This document shows positions 63,558-64,000 of a stretch of 64,000 nucleotides of DNA, one piece after another (the first letter of the stretch is position 1; every line of letters starts with the position of its first letter). Source of the DNA: Haliotis cracherodii (lineage: Eukaryota). The stretch lies in contig NW_027266343.1 of assembly GCF_022045235.1 (NCBI RefSeq), positions 13,330,001-13,394,000 of the forward strand, written 5' to 3'. The position numbers and the translations under genes are program-made. A model generated the notes under the pieces. It was not told the DNA's origin, ran no database searches, and worked only from the letters and a program-made list of their open reading frames with translations.

Positions 63558-64000
63558 TCCCCTCATAGTTTGATATCAGTTTTTCTACACATGTATATCA
63601 GAAGCACGGGCGCCGCAGTTCGCTATACAGAGTTGCGTCCATTGGGCACGCCAGAAACCTATTATCTGGGCGAACCGGGTCTCAAACCCACGAATCCCGG
63701 TTCGCACCGATTGTTTCAAGGTTTGTCAGCACCATTACTTTTCTAGATGTTCGTTTGTTTGAACGCAAAGCTACAAAATCACGCGTACGTACAATGCATA
63801 GAATAACATAAAAAGGACAGCATAAATCATGAGAACATCACGACAATCTGATTCTTTCGGAAACTTTCGGAATGAACAGATTTGAGATTCTCTGGCTTAA
63901 ACCTTTCAATTATTAAGGTTGATATATAATCCTTCCATATTTTGGCATAATGAAAAATGCATCAGTTATACTTGTTTAAAATGAATGTTCAGAATGGCTA

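Noticed and set aside
63123-63566. Thr/His-rich ORFs
   Set aside because: Translation of a 31-bp minisatellite.

Overview
AT-rich eukaryotic genomic scaffold with spliceosomal introns and three N-gaps. The SINE families resemble those I recall from gastropods, probably abalone (Haliotis); this assignment is unverified. Bases ~1-36,000 form a tandem/inverted array of compact Cdc25 (string-like) phosphatase genes that I spliced by hand. It holds four intact genes with the HCEFSSER active site (639-2530 +, 19330-21716 +, 26011-28423 -, 33074-35373 -), one open copy whose catalytic Cys is Arg (11947-13645 +), one pseudogene (9433-10715 +), two head-to-head minus-strand relics, and one orphan upstream module. 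The five open copies share a ~450-bp upstream module ending in TATA/Inr, a perfect DSGFES beta-TrCP degron in a very short N-terminus, and a perfect K-box (CTGTGATA, miR-2-family 8mer) just before the polyA signal. Bases ~47,300-53,200 hold a six-exon cytosolic sulfotransferase that looks disabled. The rest is SINEs, Tc1/pogo elements, LINE and Penelope remnants, and mini/microsatellites. No CRISPR, rRNA or real tRNA genes were found.
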